Shown here in pieces: positions 41,684-55,515 of a stretch of DNA of 64,000 nt (within the stretch, counting starts at the first letter, position 1; every line of letters starts with the position of its first letter). The notes beneath the pieces are model-generated. The model was not told the origin of the DNA. It did not search any database and worked only from the letters and a program-made list of their open reading frames with translations. Origin of the DNA: Amoebidium appalachense (taxonomy: Eukaryota; Protista; Ichthyosporea); the NCBI GenBank assembly GCA_963693365.1, contig CAVNZM010000007.1:9607962-9671961 (forward strand). The letters run 5' to 3'. A program made the position numbers and the translations under genes.

Positions 41684-43774
41684 GATTCAGGACATAGGTC
41701 GAGGGAGAATGAGTAGACTAGGGATTCGTGAGTGAGTAGGGATTCGTGAGTGTTTTCTATAGGAGGGGAAAGGGGGGGGAGGGGGAGGGGATTGGAGTGG
41801 CTAATTCCTTTGCTGAGATAATTGTAGCTTTTGGCTCTGTTGAGCCTGTGGCTCATGCAGTTAACAGGAGTTATAGTGGGTAGCCTGTGGCATAGCGCTG
41901 GGTGTGCACAGTTCATCTCCGTGCAATACCTTATAGGTAACATATTAGTCTGGATGGTAACTTGCCGTTCTAAGTGGTTGTGGTGCCAGAGAAAAGATCG
42001 AGTCCTACTTCTGTGCAAGTTGTTATAGTAGTGGTCGGCCTGGCTCAGACGTTGCAACAGCTATAAAGGCTTCTTGAAGGAAAACGCCAAACCCCCCCCC
42101 CCCCCCCCTTCCTCCATTCCCTCCTCCCGGGTGCGCTGCCCCACCCTCTCACCCATCCTTCAAAGGCTTATGGTGCCTTATTATTTGTGTGCACTACTAA
42201 TAGGGAAGAGGGGGGGAAGGAAAAGAGAGAGAAAGGGAGAGAAAAAGAGAAAGAGAGAGAGAGAGGGAGAGAGACAGAGAGAGATAAACAAAGAAAAATG
42301 GAAGGAGCGCAGCAACAGCTCACAGTTGTTACATATATATCTAATGCGGTGTGTCCACCGGAGGGCCCTGACCGTACACACATCACCACCTGGTCCGCAC
42401 AGGCTGCCTGCTAACTAGCATGAAAATGGGGCTACAATTACTGTAGCTCTATCTCCTCCCCCCCCCCCCCTCCCCCCCCCCCCCCCCCCCCCCCCAATAT
42501 CCAGTGAAAGGCCGTTTCACGTGTGTCCGGATTCTCGAGGCCCAACCCAAATCTCTTATTTCCACACACCTGTTGACAGCCCCCCCTACCCCTCCCGCTT
42601 CCCCCCCTCCCCCCCCCCCCCCCCCCCCCCTCCCCCCCCCAACTTCCCCCGACGACGCTCCTCGCCCCTCAGCAGCCCCACGTTTCCCGAGTCCGAGAAC
42701 CACACGTTACCTTCTTAGTCTTTCACCATCAACGCAGCGGGCATCACTATTCCTTTTCTTCGGATCTATTTTGCTTCCTAGCAGGTGCCATTGGTTGCAT
42801 CCTGGGCACACCTGTGGCCGCACACACATAACCACGTATGCATGTATGGGAAAGACTACTACCAGAGATCACATCAAAAACCAGCTGATTGCACTAAACG
42901 CCCCACACACCATCATTCTAGCCTCAGCCTCAGCCTCACTCTCATCCACAGGCTTTGAAATAGGAGAGAGCACTCTACGACATTGAAAAAGTCTTGAATA
43001 ACACACTGGGCCATCACTATGCTCTATTTTTTTTTTTTTGTAAGTAGGCTAGGGTGGATTCGTGTTGCAACCGAACCGGCGAACATCCATTAACCGAACA
43101 CCAGATCTGATGATTTCATTGGCTCTGGTCAGATCCAGTCCTGACGTAAGTAAGTACGGAAACTGAATTCGATTGGTTCCTCCGTTCGTGTACATTTATG
43201 CGTGCCCGAGTGGAGCACATGGAAAAGGTATTTCAAAATGTTCTACTCCATCAGAAATTTTTTAGAACAGTTGAAGTAATAAGTTATCTAAATTGCCTGC
43301 TTTTTTCGAGATGAAGGTGATAAATATGAGCTTCTGTCGGCATCACATCCTGCCGACCGCTGGCCATCATTCACAAACCGGCAACGGTAAACATATGATA
43401 TGCAACCAATAGCTGTAAAGATTGATGTGTTCGGTTAATGGGTGAGATCTTGAAAGCATTTGCTTTTCATGTTTTTGCTAGTTAGTTAGACCAGAAGCGC
43501 TATTTTTATTTTGATAACTGAAGATTTACATTGTATTCTTACTCCGACAAAAATAAAGTACTCGTTTATCTCTATTGGGAGCTGAGATATTGCATAGATC
43601 GGGTGCGAAAACGGTTAATGGATAAGGTACCCTAGATTTATTATGAAAAGCAAGCACATCGTTTTCGTGGCACCGTCTACGGCATGGCTAAAATGATAAC
43701 ACCAATCAGCTGCTGGGTGCTCTTTCGTTGCCACATTCCTTCAGATGATCAGCTGGTGTTCACTGTACAGTGAC

Positions 43775-43840
43775 CAAGGCCTCCTACTCTGAGAGAGTCA
43801 GACTAGGAGAGAGTCAGAGTAGTCAGAGTAGGAGGCCTTG
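43775..43840. mobile_element. 66-bp hAT-type miniature inverted-repeat element
   Basis: Perfect 18-bp TIRs CAAGGCCTCCTACTCTGA / TCAGAGTAGGAGGCCTTG, flanked by the 8-bp direct repeat ACAGTGAC (43767-43774 and 43841-43848). Confidence 0.85.
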
Positions 43841-44070
43841 ACAGTGACACCACAGCTGCTGAGTGGCACTATAGAGCACAGTAAGGAGTTTCAGTGCTGT
43901 AGGCAACAGAGCTGTGGCTGAAGCCGACTGAAGGTGAAATTACAGCACGGTGCACGCTAGCATGCAGGCATATACATACTTCGTAGGCTAGTACATGCAT
44001 GCGGCACACAGACACATTACAAGCTTACAGGCACATCCACAAGTCCTTCATCTCCTCATGTTTCTGACAG

Positions 44071-45022
44071 GGCTGCCGCTGGCACCAGCCGCACAAATAT
44101 ACTGCCACATATGGGGTCGCAACAGAGAGAGGCCGGAGTGCCCTCCCACACCCTCCACACGGTAACCCCTGCTGACACCCTGCAGGGTCTGTCTCTGCGC
44201 TATGGCGTTTCGGTGAGTGAATGTTTGTGATGCAAAGATGTTGAGTTGTTATGGTTTGGGCACTTGGTTTCTATGGGCTGTTAAAGGGAAAGAGGGGGGG
44301 AGGGGGGCGAAGCACGGAAACAGCATACCTTTAATCGTGGGAGTTGCGAAAGTAGAGCCAGCAGTTGAGGAGAGTTGTTCTGATGGAGCTGTATGGGGAG
44401 TGAAGGAAGGGGTTCGGGAGATCCGAGAGAAGTGAGGCTAATTTCAAGTTGGGGGCGGTAGAGGAGGGGGGGGGGGGGGGAGGGGAAGGGAGGGGAAGAT
44501 GGAAGGAAGATATGGCGAGTTTTCTGTTTGCTTGCACAGGCCTGTGGGAGTACCCGGTTACGAGAACCCCCCCCCTCCCTCCCCCCCTCCCCTCCCCCCC
44601 TCCCCCGAGAAAAGAGTGCACGAAAGTCGATCAGAGAGGGCTCCCCCCCCCCCCCCCCCCCCCTCCCCTCCTTGCCCGCTGCTTTTGTTTGTTGATTTTC
44701 GCTATCCCCTTCCTTCCGTCCCCTCCCCCCTCCCCCCCCCCCCCCCCCCCCCCCCCCTTCTCCCCTCCCCTCCACTCTCACAATCCCAACCCCTCCATCG
44801 TACTGGTACCGGTTATATTCTTAGTGCTCTGCATAGTTCTGACTGGGCCTTTCACAGGTGGACGAGATTAAGAAAACAAACCGTATCTTCTCGGACAAAA
44901 GCCTGCACATATTTAACGTGATCAAGATCCCGAGCGTGCCCAACACAAGTTTTCTTGTGTGTATTGGCCCATGCCATCCACTCACTTTCTGCTCTTCCAC
45001 GGGCTTTCTTATAGCAGCCCCT

Positions 45023-45058
<36 letters not shown>

Positions 45059-45230
45059 CTCTCCCTCTGCCCTCCCACACACACACCTCTCCCCCTGCTG
45101 CATTGGCATTAGGCCCACACTGAAACACTGACCTCTTCCCCCATTTTTAATCAAGCTTATGCCATGCCCCCTTTTTGATTTTTTTTCATGTGTATTTCGA
45201 CTGCACCCTGTGAAGTCACCCCCCCCCCCC

Positions 45231-45261
<31 letters not shown>

Positions 45262-47458
45262 ACACTTATGCCCCACAAAACCCAATTCCCCCCCAACCAT
45301 GTTATTTGGCTGCGTAGGGAAATTCCTCTTAGCTGGTCTGTATATGTCCTGTTTGGCACCCGTTGCAGGTCACCCTCCCGTCACCCGTTTTATGGAGTCT
45401 ATACTTCCGTCCTACCCCCCTCCCCCCCCCTCTCCCCACGCCCCCCTCTCCCAACACACACACACACACACAACCACACACACACACACACCTTTCCCAT
45501 GCACCCACTCGTTTTTCTGCCCTATTCAATGCACATTGTGGTGTTCCATGATTTCCATTGATGCTCCTGCACTCCCTCCCATATCCCAGCGAGCACTATT
45601 TGATGTTTAGTCAGGACAGCCTCATATTCATGCCCCCCTCCCCCCCCCCTCCCCCCCCTCCCCTGCCTCCTCCCCCCCCCCCCCCCCCCGCCTCCTCCCC
45701 CCCCTCTCCCCCCTCCCCCCCCCCCCCCCCCTCCAACAGTATCTGAGTTGGGTTTCGTTAACGAGGGGAATAGGTCGAAACTCGGGTACTGTGGATGACG
45801 TGGGCCCCTCCGAGGATGGGCTCTGCTTATTATGCATACTCTTTATGTATGGCTTGCATTCTGCATCGTGTTATCCGTTTGTTATTGTGTACTTCGTACT
45901 TTTTGACGCATTCAAACCCCCCCCCCCCTCCCTCCCTCCCTCCCCCCTCCCCCCCTCCTTCTTTCTCCATTTCCCCTTCCCTACCCTCCCCCCTCCCCCT
46001 CCTTCTTCTCTCCCCCCCCTTCCCCCCCCCTCTCCCTTCCCCCCTTCCCCCGTCCGCGTCCCGTTCAGCTCCCTCCCACCCGAGCTCCATTTCTGATGTA
46101 TGCTCTTTGCATGTGCTTGGCAGAATGTGTGTTGTGTTGCCTGTTGTATTGCCAGCCGCAAAATCACACTCCATACTCTGTAACACATTCTACCCCCCTC
46201 CCCCCTTCCCCCCTCCCCGGGCCCCCCTCTACCCCCTCCTTCCCCCTCCCCCCTCTCCCACACCCCACCCCCTCCCTCCCCCCTTCCTCCCCTCTCCCCC
46301 CAACCCACACACGTCTGAGCACACTCAGTTAACCTCACGCATGCCATTTCTTTCGAAGCGCGCCTGTTCCACACTTCAGTTTGCGCTCATATGTACACAG
46401 CTACACTAGCAGATGACTCCGGACACATACACCTTACTTGGGGCATTATGTATGCACACGTACAAATGCACTCGTCTACAAACACATCCGCCAGTACACT
46501 TAGACATATCCGTGCACTTCACTACGTGCATAAGCATGCGGGCGGTTTGCACTCACACAAACACACACAGAAGTATATTGGGACACACAACTTGATAACA
46601 CACCCATGCACACAAGCACGAAAACACCCATGAGTGCTTTCACATGTGCCACAAAGCCTGTTCCCAAATAGTCCCTCTGCCTTGCCTTTTTATTGATTCC
46701 ACCTGCAATAAATGGTTGTGTTTGTATGTGGAGCGGGACCGGGACCCCGGGGGGGGGGAGGGGGGGATTCTTTTTGTTTTCCAACTGAACTGAATTAGTC
46801 CTACGTTTCAGGCCCCAGCATGCGGACCCACACACACGGACAGTGGCAGCCTGGATGGTGGTGAGGGCAGGAGGGGTGTAGTGCGTGTGCATGACCTGCT
46901 GCAGCAGTGCCAGGACACCATGGACCGCACCATGCACTATCTGAACACTAGGGACAGTGCTGGATCCCCAATAATGTCCCCTGGAGGGTCACCGGGGTAA
47001 GTGTGCAAGGGGAAGGACATTTCTCTCGTTTGTTTGCACCCGGGTGGAGGTACCAAAGAGGAGGGGGGGGGGGGGGGGGGGGAGCTCAAGAAGGTCGGGA
47101 AAGTTGTCTGAGTTGTTTAGAAGTGGGTTGCCAATGCATATATGGCTGTGTTTGACTGTGTGGTGTGGTGTTCGGGTGGTTTAAGAATGTATGTGTGAGT
47201 CAGGCAGGAATGTTCTTCGTGGGGAGGAGCAGGAGCCAGCAATGGGGGGTGGGGGGGAGGGGTGGGGGGAGAGGGAAGGGGTCGGTGGGTAGGGTGGGGT
47301 GGGAAAGGGGGAGGGGGGGGGGAGAGGGAGGGGGAGGGGGGGAGGGAGAGGAAGGGGTCGGTTAGGAAGGCATGCAAATCCCATCCCAAGTGGGTTTGTG
47401 ATAGGGTCGCGATGTGTGGGTGGGTGGGTGGGTGGGCGGATGGTGGTGGTGGTGGGTT

Positions 47459-47491
<33 letters not shown>

Positions 47492-47827
47492 GTGGGGGGG
47501 GGGGGGGGGGGGGGGGGTTGTGGCTTTGATGGTGTGTGTGCTTGTGAGGCGGACCGTTTCCCGGTGACTGCAGATTTAAAATAGTGAGAAACAAGAATAT
47601 AGGGTTAGCTATTGAGATAGTGTGCACCGGTGCCTTTACATGCTTGTTGTTGATCTCCTGCTTTTCTCCTTAATATCCTTAACAATGGCAGTATGTGTTG
47701 TTTAGTACTATGTACTACTGTTTCTGCCCCCTAAATTACCAGGTAGGGGGTTCTCCTCTCTCGCTTCGTGTGTTTTTGTGCTCTCGGACTGGGAGTGGAG
47801 TGAGCCTGGGGCGGGGCCCGGGGAGGT

Positions 47828-47885
<58 letters not shown>

Positions 47886-48337
47886 TTGTATTATGGAGGT
47901 ACAGGTAAAGTGTATTGGTTGTGGTGATGTCGGTGTTGGTTTAGATACAGCCAGCCAGCACACGTGTTCACAGACCACTAGTAGTTTGCACTCACCCGTG
48001 GGTGCATGCAGGGCATCTCGGGATGGAAGGACCCTGGCCCAGGTCAAGGCAGAGAGGCAGCGCCGCAGCACAAGCAGTCTGCAGGGGGAACACAGCGGTA
48101 CAACCCCCCCCTCCCCCCCCCCCCCAAAAGAAAAAAAAGAAAGAAAAAGAAAAGAAAAGAAAAGAAAAAGGGAGAAAGAAACCCCCTATCCATGCGCGCC
48201 CACTCACTTAGAGCCCTGTAACCCCGTGCACACCCAATTTTTTGTTCTATTTTTTTTTCTTTTCCTTTTTGACTGAACCCTGAAGCGCTTCCTGATGTGC
48301 TTGTACTGTGCACTGGTAATGGCTCCCCCCTCAACCC

Positions 48338-48370
<33 letters not shown>

Positions 48371-48579
48371 GGAAATTTTTATGCGTGGTCCATGTGTGCT
48401 TTGTAATCTACAATGTGTCGTTCGTCGTAGACTAAAGTGTATGTGGTACTCTGTACTGCATTCTAACCCCCCCCCCCCCCCCTCACACACACACAAAATC
48501 AAATTGCAAATTTTGCACTTGTTTTGACCGACCAGGTTTTTCTGGTCGCTGTATTTTTTAGTTCCTCCTGTGTTATACA

Positions 48580-48613
<34 letters not shown>

Positions 48614-49034
48614 CCTTCTTGACAGGTAAGTTTATTGTGCACTCCACCTAAGTGGAGGGAAGTGGAGGGAATATGGGAAAGATGTGCAGAAACCAAGGCA
48701 CCAGACACCTATCGGCAACACACAGCCGCACAAATGAACATCCAAGCATAAATGTACACACTCAGGCTAGCATAGAAAACAGATCACCCAGACACCAAGA
48801 TACCTTGCCCATTAGGGGGGGAGGGGGGGAGGGGGGAGCGGGGGAGAATGTGAAAGAGCGGGTATTAGCGAGTGTCTTAGTTGACAAGGCAAGGAACGAT
48901 ACACAGATATGGCTGATTTGATTGGGCGGGCAGAAACGGTGCGGAGAGTGTCAAGGGAGCTACGGCTGTCGCAGGAGGCATCCCTCAATGATGATCTCAA
49001 CAGCTCAGTACCAGATGACATCTTTACCCTCTGA
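44071..49034 (+). CDS. LysM-domain protein, LYSMD1/2-like, multi-exon
   Basis: Exons 44071-44212 (in-frame ATG at 44111), 44859-44935, 46812-46996, 48012-48097, 48934-49034. The spliced LysM reads HTVTPADTLQGLSLRYGVS|VDEIKKTNRIFSDKSLHIFNVIKIP. The C-terminus ...DDIFTL* resembles the recalled LYSMD1 end DEIFKL. The 5' end is uncertain. Confidence 0.75.
45739..45916 (+). mobile_element. Diverged copy G of the poly(C)-terminated repeat, in the LysM gene intron
   Basis: GTATCTGAGTT...TCGAAACTCGGGTAC...GGGCCCCTCCGAGGATGGGCTCTGCTTAT...GTACTTCGTAC...CGCATTCAAA followed by poly(C). Confidence 0.65.
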
Positions 49035-49136
49035 TACTTAACACACACAAATCTACACGTATTAACATGAACAGGCATTACACAACAGGCTCGCAAATAT
49101 ATATTCACATACACACCCATACATTCATGATGACAT

Positions 49137-49204
<68 letters not shown>

Positions 49205-49286
49205 CGCGCGCGCGCGCACGCACACACACACGCATGCATATACAAACACACACACATGCACGCACACGTGCGCGCGCACACACACA

Positions 49287-49351
<65 letters not shown>

Positions 49352-49878
49352 GCACACACACGCACATGCACGCCCCAACATACCGTCACGCTCCCACACA
49401 CATGTACAGCAAACACTTCTCGACACCATGAGCGCACATGCAACACCCCGTGCAGTATTTTTGAATGTGCCGAAAGCTACGTTTTTTCCCACAATTTTTA
49501 TATTGCAATGCGAGTCCGAAGTATTTTGCCAGATAGGGATGAATGAGAAGCCATGTTGCAAGTATGTTTTTATTTTATTTAGCAACCCAAGGCAGGGCTC
49601 TTGCTTAGATGTAATGACACTCATGATATCGAATAATTTATGATAGGGCACCTGATTAGTATGAAGGGGTAGTATCGAGACTTGCTGCTGCCAACAGTTT
49701 GTCAAATAGCATGTACAAGATATCCTGCAAGTGTTTGTCAACGCTGTTCTAAATGATGTGTGCGTGTGTGGCTGTATACACGTACATTGACCAGGTTACA
49801 ATAAAACCGAGTAACGGTTAGGTCCACGCCCCTACCAGTCACAACCCATGTGATGCATGGGTTACATACATGACATGG

Positions 49879-49967
49879 ATGCTCCAAGATCTCTGTTTGT
49901 AACATGCCCACTGGACACACGTGCATGCTCCAAGATCTCTGTTTGTAACGTGCCCACTGGACACACG
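49879..49967. repeat. 46-bp tandem duplication
   Basis: ATGCTCCAAGATCTCTGTTTGTAAC(A/G)TGCCCACTGGACACACG occurs at 49879 and 49925. Confidence 0.9.
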
Positions 49968-50365
49968 ATATTAGGAGGGCAAGAGCTTGCTTGATGGAAA
50001 TTTAAGACACATATCATACTGTGGCCTCTCCCAATATTTAGGGGCATGCTCCTTTGACAGGGTACATAGACGGAACCTTCCCACTACTACTGACAAAGAT
50101 CTTCTCTCTAGATCTGCCTACATGTTGTTGTGTGAGAGATCCCCAGATAGCACAGCACTCAAGCTAAGCTTACTCTTCCTCAGTTGAAACCCTCTATGCG
50201 ATTTTCATACCCACTCAGCAATGTTCTTTTATTTCAACTGCACGGCACCAGGCCGCATCACCAACTTACTGCCAGCATTTGTATATGTCCGAGAGTGTTG
50301 GGTCGAGTTTGTCCCATCATACGTGCATCTACACCCCATCTACGCCTAGGATAAAAAACCTGCAT

Positions 50366-51160
50366 CTAGCCCTGCATGTGTGGAGGCACGAGCATTCCGT
50401 TGTGCTTGTGCAGACCTCTGGGAAAAGCAACCTCCTCAGCCCACACACCTGACCTGAGTACTAGTGGGCTGGAAGGGGCGGCCGACAGGGGCCGTGGAGA
50501 AACAGACCGTGCCTGTGCAGGGCGTGGGGACAGAGTGCCAATGAAGTCTTCGCTTAGGCTGGACAGGGAGCCACTGCTGGCTGTACTAGACCTCTTCCTT
50601 CCGAAGGTCTCCGCCAGAAACTCTGACGACTCGGACATAACATCAGACACGGTAATAGAGAGGACCTCGTTGGTGAGTGACTTGAGCACCTGCCAGCCCC
50701 CCCTGCTTTTGCTTGCAACACTGCTGTGTGATCTTGCACGTTCCCCGCCGGAAGTCTTGCCGTGTAATTGGCTGTGCGTCTTTTCGTTTTGTGTGCTTGC
50801 TGGCGAGGTTGGAGCCGAGACATAACCCTCATGCTGGTGTGACTGTTGGATAAGTGCAACGCGGGGGTGTGTTCTGTCTGGCATAGGTCGTGTGGCTGGT
50901 AACGGCGCTGGTTGCTGGCTTGACGGCTGGTAAGAGCCTCCCAGACTGTGTCTTCGCGACGCTCGAGCGAAGTTCAAAGCATTGCCTGTGTGCTGCAGGT
51001 TCGTCTCTTGTAACCGTTTGGAGGGTGGGCCCGGGGTGCCTACGAAAGTGATGCCGCCGGGTTCGTGAAGGGGAAGGACCACGGTCTCCCACTCGCAGTC
51101 TGCATCATGCCCGTACGAGCAGAGCTCTGCCGGCAGGCTGAAGGTGCGTGTAGCCTCCAT
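50366..51160 (-). CDS. Hypothetical Ser-rich, probably disordered protein, single exon
   Basis: Repeat-free ORF of about 264 aa from the ATG at 51160, with several basophilic kinase-site-like motifs (RRHSL, RSHSS, RKRSS, RSVSP). No family recognised. Confidence 0.5.
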   Translation of the reverse strand: MEATRTFSLPAELCSYGHDADCEWETVVLPLHEPGGITFVGTPGPPSKRLQETNLQHTGNALNFARASRRHSLGGSYQPSSQQPAPLPATRPMPDRTHPRVALIQQSHQHEGYVSAPTSPASTQNEKTHSQLHGKTSGGERARSHSSVASKSRGGWQVLKSLTNEVLSITVSDVMSESSEFLAETFGRKRSSTASSGSLSSLSEDFIGTLSPRPAQARSVSPRPLSAAPSSPLVLRSGVWAEEVAFPRGLHKHNGMLVPPHMQG

Positions 51161-52443
51161 TCTCTTCACAACAAGTAATAAAAACTTGCTCGGCTTTCTA
51201 CACGCCTACAATAGTTTCACAGTGTAGGTCACAGTTACTTTCCAGTCCCAGCTGCCCTTTGTGTAGCGGTGTGTCTGTTGCCAAGCGCGTGGGGCCGCCC
51301 GAGATCTATTAGACTCATTCGTTCCATACAAATAGCTGCTGGCAATAGCAGACACCAAGAAGTTGATTTACCAGTTTTTAACAGCGTTTGAACATTGACA
51401 GATCGAGTAAATTTCTGTGCATAAATTGTAAGAGGTCTGGATGTCCTTTAAATGTCACGTAATTCTATCTCACATCCTTATTCAGAGTATTCAGTTGGGC
51501 TCTATTGGAACGGTTTTATCCTTGGTATGTATGATCATTAGTATCGTCCAATCACCTAGCAATTGAGTTTCTTAGAAGGAATGCAAAAGACCAGGTTTGG
51601 GCTAACCCGGTCAGAAAATGTGGGCACCCACACACGTGCGGCGGCGCGTTACTCTTCTGCCAGTATAGCTAATACCCCACTTTTTTTTTTTTACATGAAA
51701 CGCTTCCTTAGTGTGTCGGACTGACGCACATATTATTGGGGTCTACAGTCATGTTTTGGTAACTTTTTCTATGTGCAAACGATGATGGTTTTTTGGGTGC
51801 CTACATTTGGGACTTTGGGTACACCCACATTTCGCCGGATGCCGATCTGATCGCGGGCGGTGGGGGCCTACCGGGCGTACGATGAGGGGCTAGACAATGA
51901 GTCTTCAAGTAGCGCTCAAGTTGTTTTTTTATTGGCAAACTGTGTCTGGCGTATTATAGAAGTTTGCTACAAATCATGCAGGCTTTGCACCGACACTTAT
52001 CTTGCTGTGCGTTCTCACGAGACCGCGATTGAAAAAAGAGAAGACAAAGCGCCTTTGTACCAGAGCAGGGAGATAGTTGATATATCCAGAACCAATTCTC
52101 CATTGATGACAACAATGTGGATATCACTTGGACGGTCACGCGGTTAATCCCGAGCATGTACACGTGTGACACACCAAGTGAGGCGCGCGCGCGCACACAC
52201 GCACACACACGCACACGCACACACACACACGTGTACGCACACATGTACATCGACACGCACCGTTGACACACACAAATGTGCATATATGCATGCACACACA
52301 CAAACTCATGATCAAAGTAGTGCACTGTGACGACATGTATATGCCACGTCAACACCCCCCCCCCCCCCTCCCCCCCTCCCCCCCCCCCCCCCCCCCCCCC
52401 CCTCCCCCTCCCCCCCGGCTATATATATTTTTTTAAATTAAAA

Positions 52444-52475
<32 letters not shown>

Positions 52476-52678
52476 GCAAATGAGAATAAAAGCAAATAAA
52501 AATTCTTTGTCAAAACCAACCGGCATTCTTGAAATTACACACGTCCCTGGTGACATGTTGTATACAGTTCATCCCCCCCCCCCCCCCCTCCTCTCCCCCC
52601 CCCCCCCCCCCCCCCCTCTCTCTCTCTCCCCCCCCCCCCCTCTCTCTCTTCTCTCTCCCTCTCTCTCCGAGAGTCCCC

Positions 52679-52759
<81 letters not shown>

Positions 52760-53097
52760 CCCCCCCCCCCCCCCCCCCTCCCCCCCTCCCCCCCCCTCCC
52801 CCTCCCTCTCTCAATATTAAAACTTTATGTATGCCTTAAAGCCAATCTACCCCCCCCCCCCCCGCCCCCCGGGCCCATATTCATATTGTAAATCATTGTT
52901 GCAATTGTCTTCCCCATTCCCAAGGCTTCTCTTTGGCTGCAACGTAGCCTTTGGGAGCTTTAAATGTCGGGTTTGCGTGTCGTTTGGTATAGCAGTCGTT
53001 GGGTTCTTGTGGGTGTTCACAGTAGCTCTGTAGGGCCGGGCCCCAGGAAAGACAAGGGGAAGGGGGTGAGGGAGGGAAAGGGCACAGGAAGGGGAAG

Positions 53098-53134
<37 letters not shown>

Positions 53135-53564
53135 CTGGGGCTTTTCAACAGGATTGCAGTCTGATGGCCACGTTGTCACGATATTATTGTTATGAGGGAA
53201 GTCCAAAGTTTTAACTCATAAATATTTATCAACTTATACTTACAACATGCTTATGTTTGTACACATGCTCACCTCTGCGACAAAAAAAACAAAAGGCAGT
53301 TTTTTGAAGGGAGTAATCTTCGGTTACATCACGGTTTGTCAGTTGCCATTTTGACACGGCAACTCAACAAACACTTACCCCATCCCTCCCCCCTCCAACC
53401 CCCCCCCCCCCCCCCCCCTCCAACCCCACCCCACCGGTACCCCCCCAGTGCAATCACAGTGACTAGTGTATCACAACACTCCCTCCAATAAATCTTGTTC
53501 GTTGCCTCCTTCGCTCTCCTTCGTTCTCCCCTCCTCCTCCCTCTTTCCCCCCTAATATGGGTGT

Positions 53565-53610
<46 letters not shown>

Positions 53611-53660
53611 GGGGGTTGGGGGGGGAAGAGAGAGAGATAGAGAGAGATAGAGAGGGGGGA

Positions 53661-53762
<102 letters not shown>

Positions 53763-53775
53763 GGGGGGGGGGAGG

Positions 53776-53822
<47 letters not shown>

Positions 53823-53832
53823 GGGGGGGAGG

Positions 53833-53867
<35 letters not shown>

Positions 53868-54019
53868 AACGGAAAAGTTAACGATCATCCAGGCCACAGA
53901 TCACCATCATCATCGACCACTGGTGTGTGTGTGCGTGTGTGCGTGTGTGTCTGTGTGTGTGTGTGTTTGCCACGTGTGTGTGTGTGTCTGTGTGTGTGTG
54001 TGTGTCTCTGTGTGCGTGT

Positions 54020-54052
<33 letters not shown>

Positions 54053-54055
<3 letters not shown>

Positions 54056-54739
54056 TAAGTCGACCGCCGATCTGAGCCACTTTTGTGGCTCGAATGTGGG
54101 GTTTGCGTAAGTGCGCTACTTATAGCGTAACACGCACGAACACAATAAGCAAACACAGCAGGCGTGTTCCTCGCTTCACGGTGGTCACTTAGACACCAAG
54201 ATTGTGTAGGTTTTTGGAAATTACCATAGCGAATCAGCGCTTGCAAAGTAGCGCACGTAACTGCAAAACGGATTTTTCTAGCATTTTCTCCATTAATATA
54301 CACGGTACATGGACTAGAAGGTGCGCAGCACCCCCAAAGGCATAATGGAAAACAAAGGAAATAGTGTTGGCATGCGAGTGACACTATTTCAAGGCTTTTT
54401 GTTGCGTTTTCATTGAGTTCACTGTGTAGCGTTTTCAAGGGGTTAATCCTCTTCCGGCGGAATCCGGGCCGAATTCGATCTGGAAAATGGCCGATCGCGA
54501 AGAATGGGAAAAAACCACGATACCCCTTGTTGGTTGGCAAGTGCTGGCACCCTCTTTTATTATACCAATCATCTTGGTCCAGAAACGAAAAGGCAGAAAA
54601 CTTCAGCAGCTAATTGGGCATACCAAGAAAGCGCGCGCGACTCTCGGCCACTAACGGGGCTAAGGTGTAGGGGTGGTCGTCCGAAACGAGCCACTTCGAC
54701 AGAAATGAGCCACTTATGTGGCTCGTGGTCGACTTATCA
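54053..54739. mobile_element. 687-bp non-autonomous TIR element inserted in a (TG)n microsatellite
   Basis: 13-bp TIRs TGATAAGTCGACC (54053) / GGTCGACTTATCA (54739); subterminal hairpin GAGCCAC-N4-GTGGCTC at both ends; (TG)n on both flanks. Confidence 0.75.
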
Positions 54740-54796
54740 TGTGTGTGTGTGTAAGTTAAACGTGGTGTGTGCATGTGGGTGTGTGTGTGTGGGTGT

Positions 54797-54911
<115 letters not shown>

Positions 54912-55308
54912 CGTGTGCGTGTGTGTGTGCGCGCGCGTGCGTGTGTCACGGTACGATAGCCACCGGCGCGGTGTGGGTGCTGACTCAAATGTATGACGGT
55001 GTGTGTGCACGTGCGTGTATGTGCGCATGCGTGAGAATGGGTGTGTGTATGTGTGTCAATTCTGCGCGCGAGTGACTAGGGCATCTGTGCTGTTTGGGCG
55101 ACAGCGTGTGTTTGTAACGGTGTGTGTGTCCATGTGTGTGCGCGTGCGTGTATTCTGTGTCTGTCCGTACGTGTGTGTGTTCACGGTGGTGTGCATTTTT
55201 TTACGTCTTTGTGTGTGTACAGTCTGGGTTACGATTCACGTGCATGTGCGTGCTAATGCATGCTTGTTGCAAAGTTAACCTATTTCAAACGGTTCGCGTG
55301 CCTGTTTG

Positions 55309-55340
<32 letters not shown>

Positions 55341-55359
55341 CACGTGTGTGTGTGTGTGT

Positions 55360-55515
<156 letters not shown>

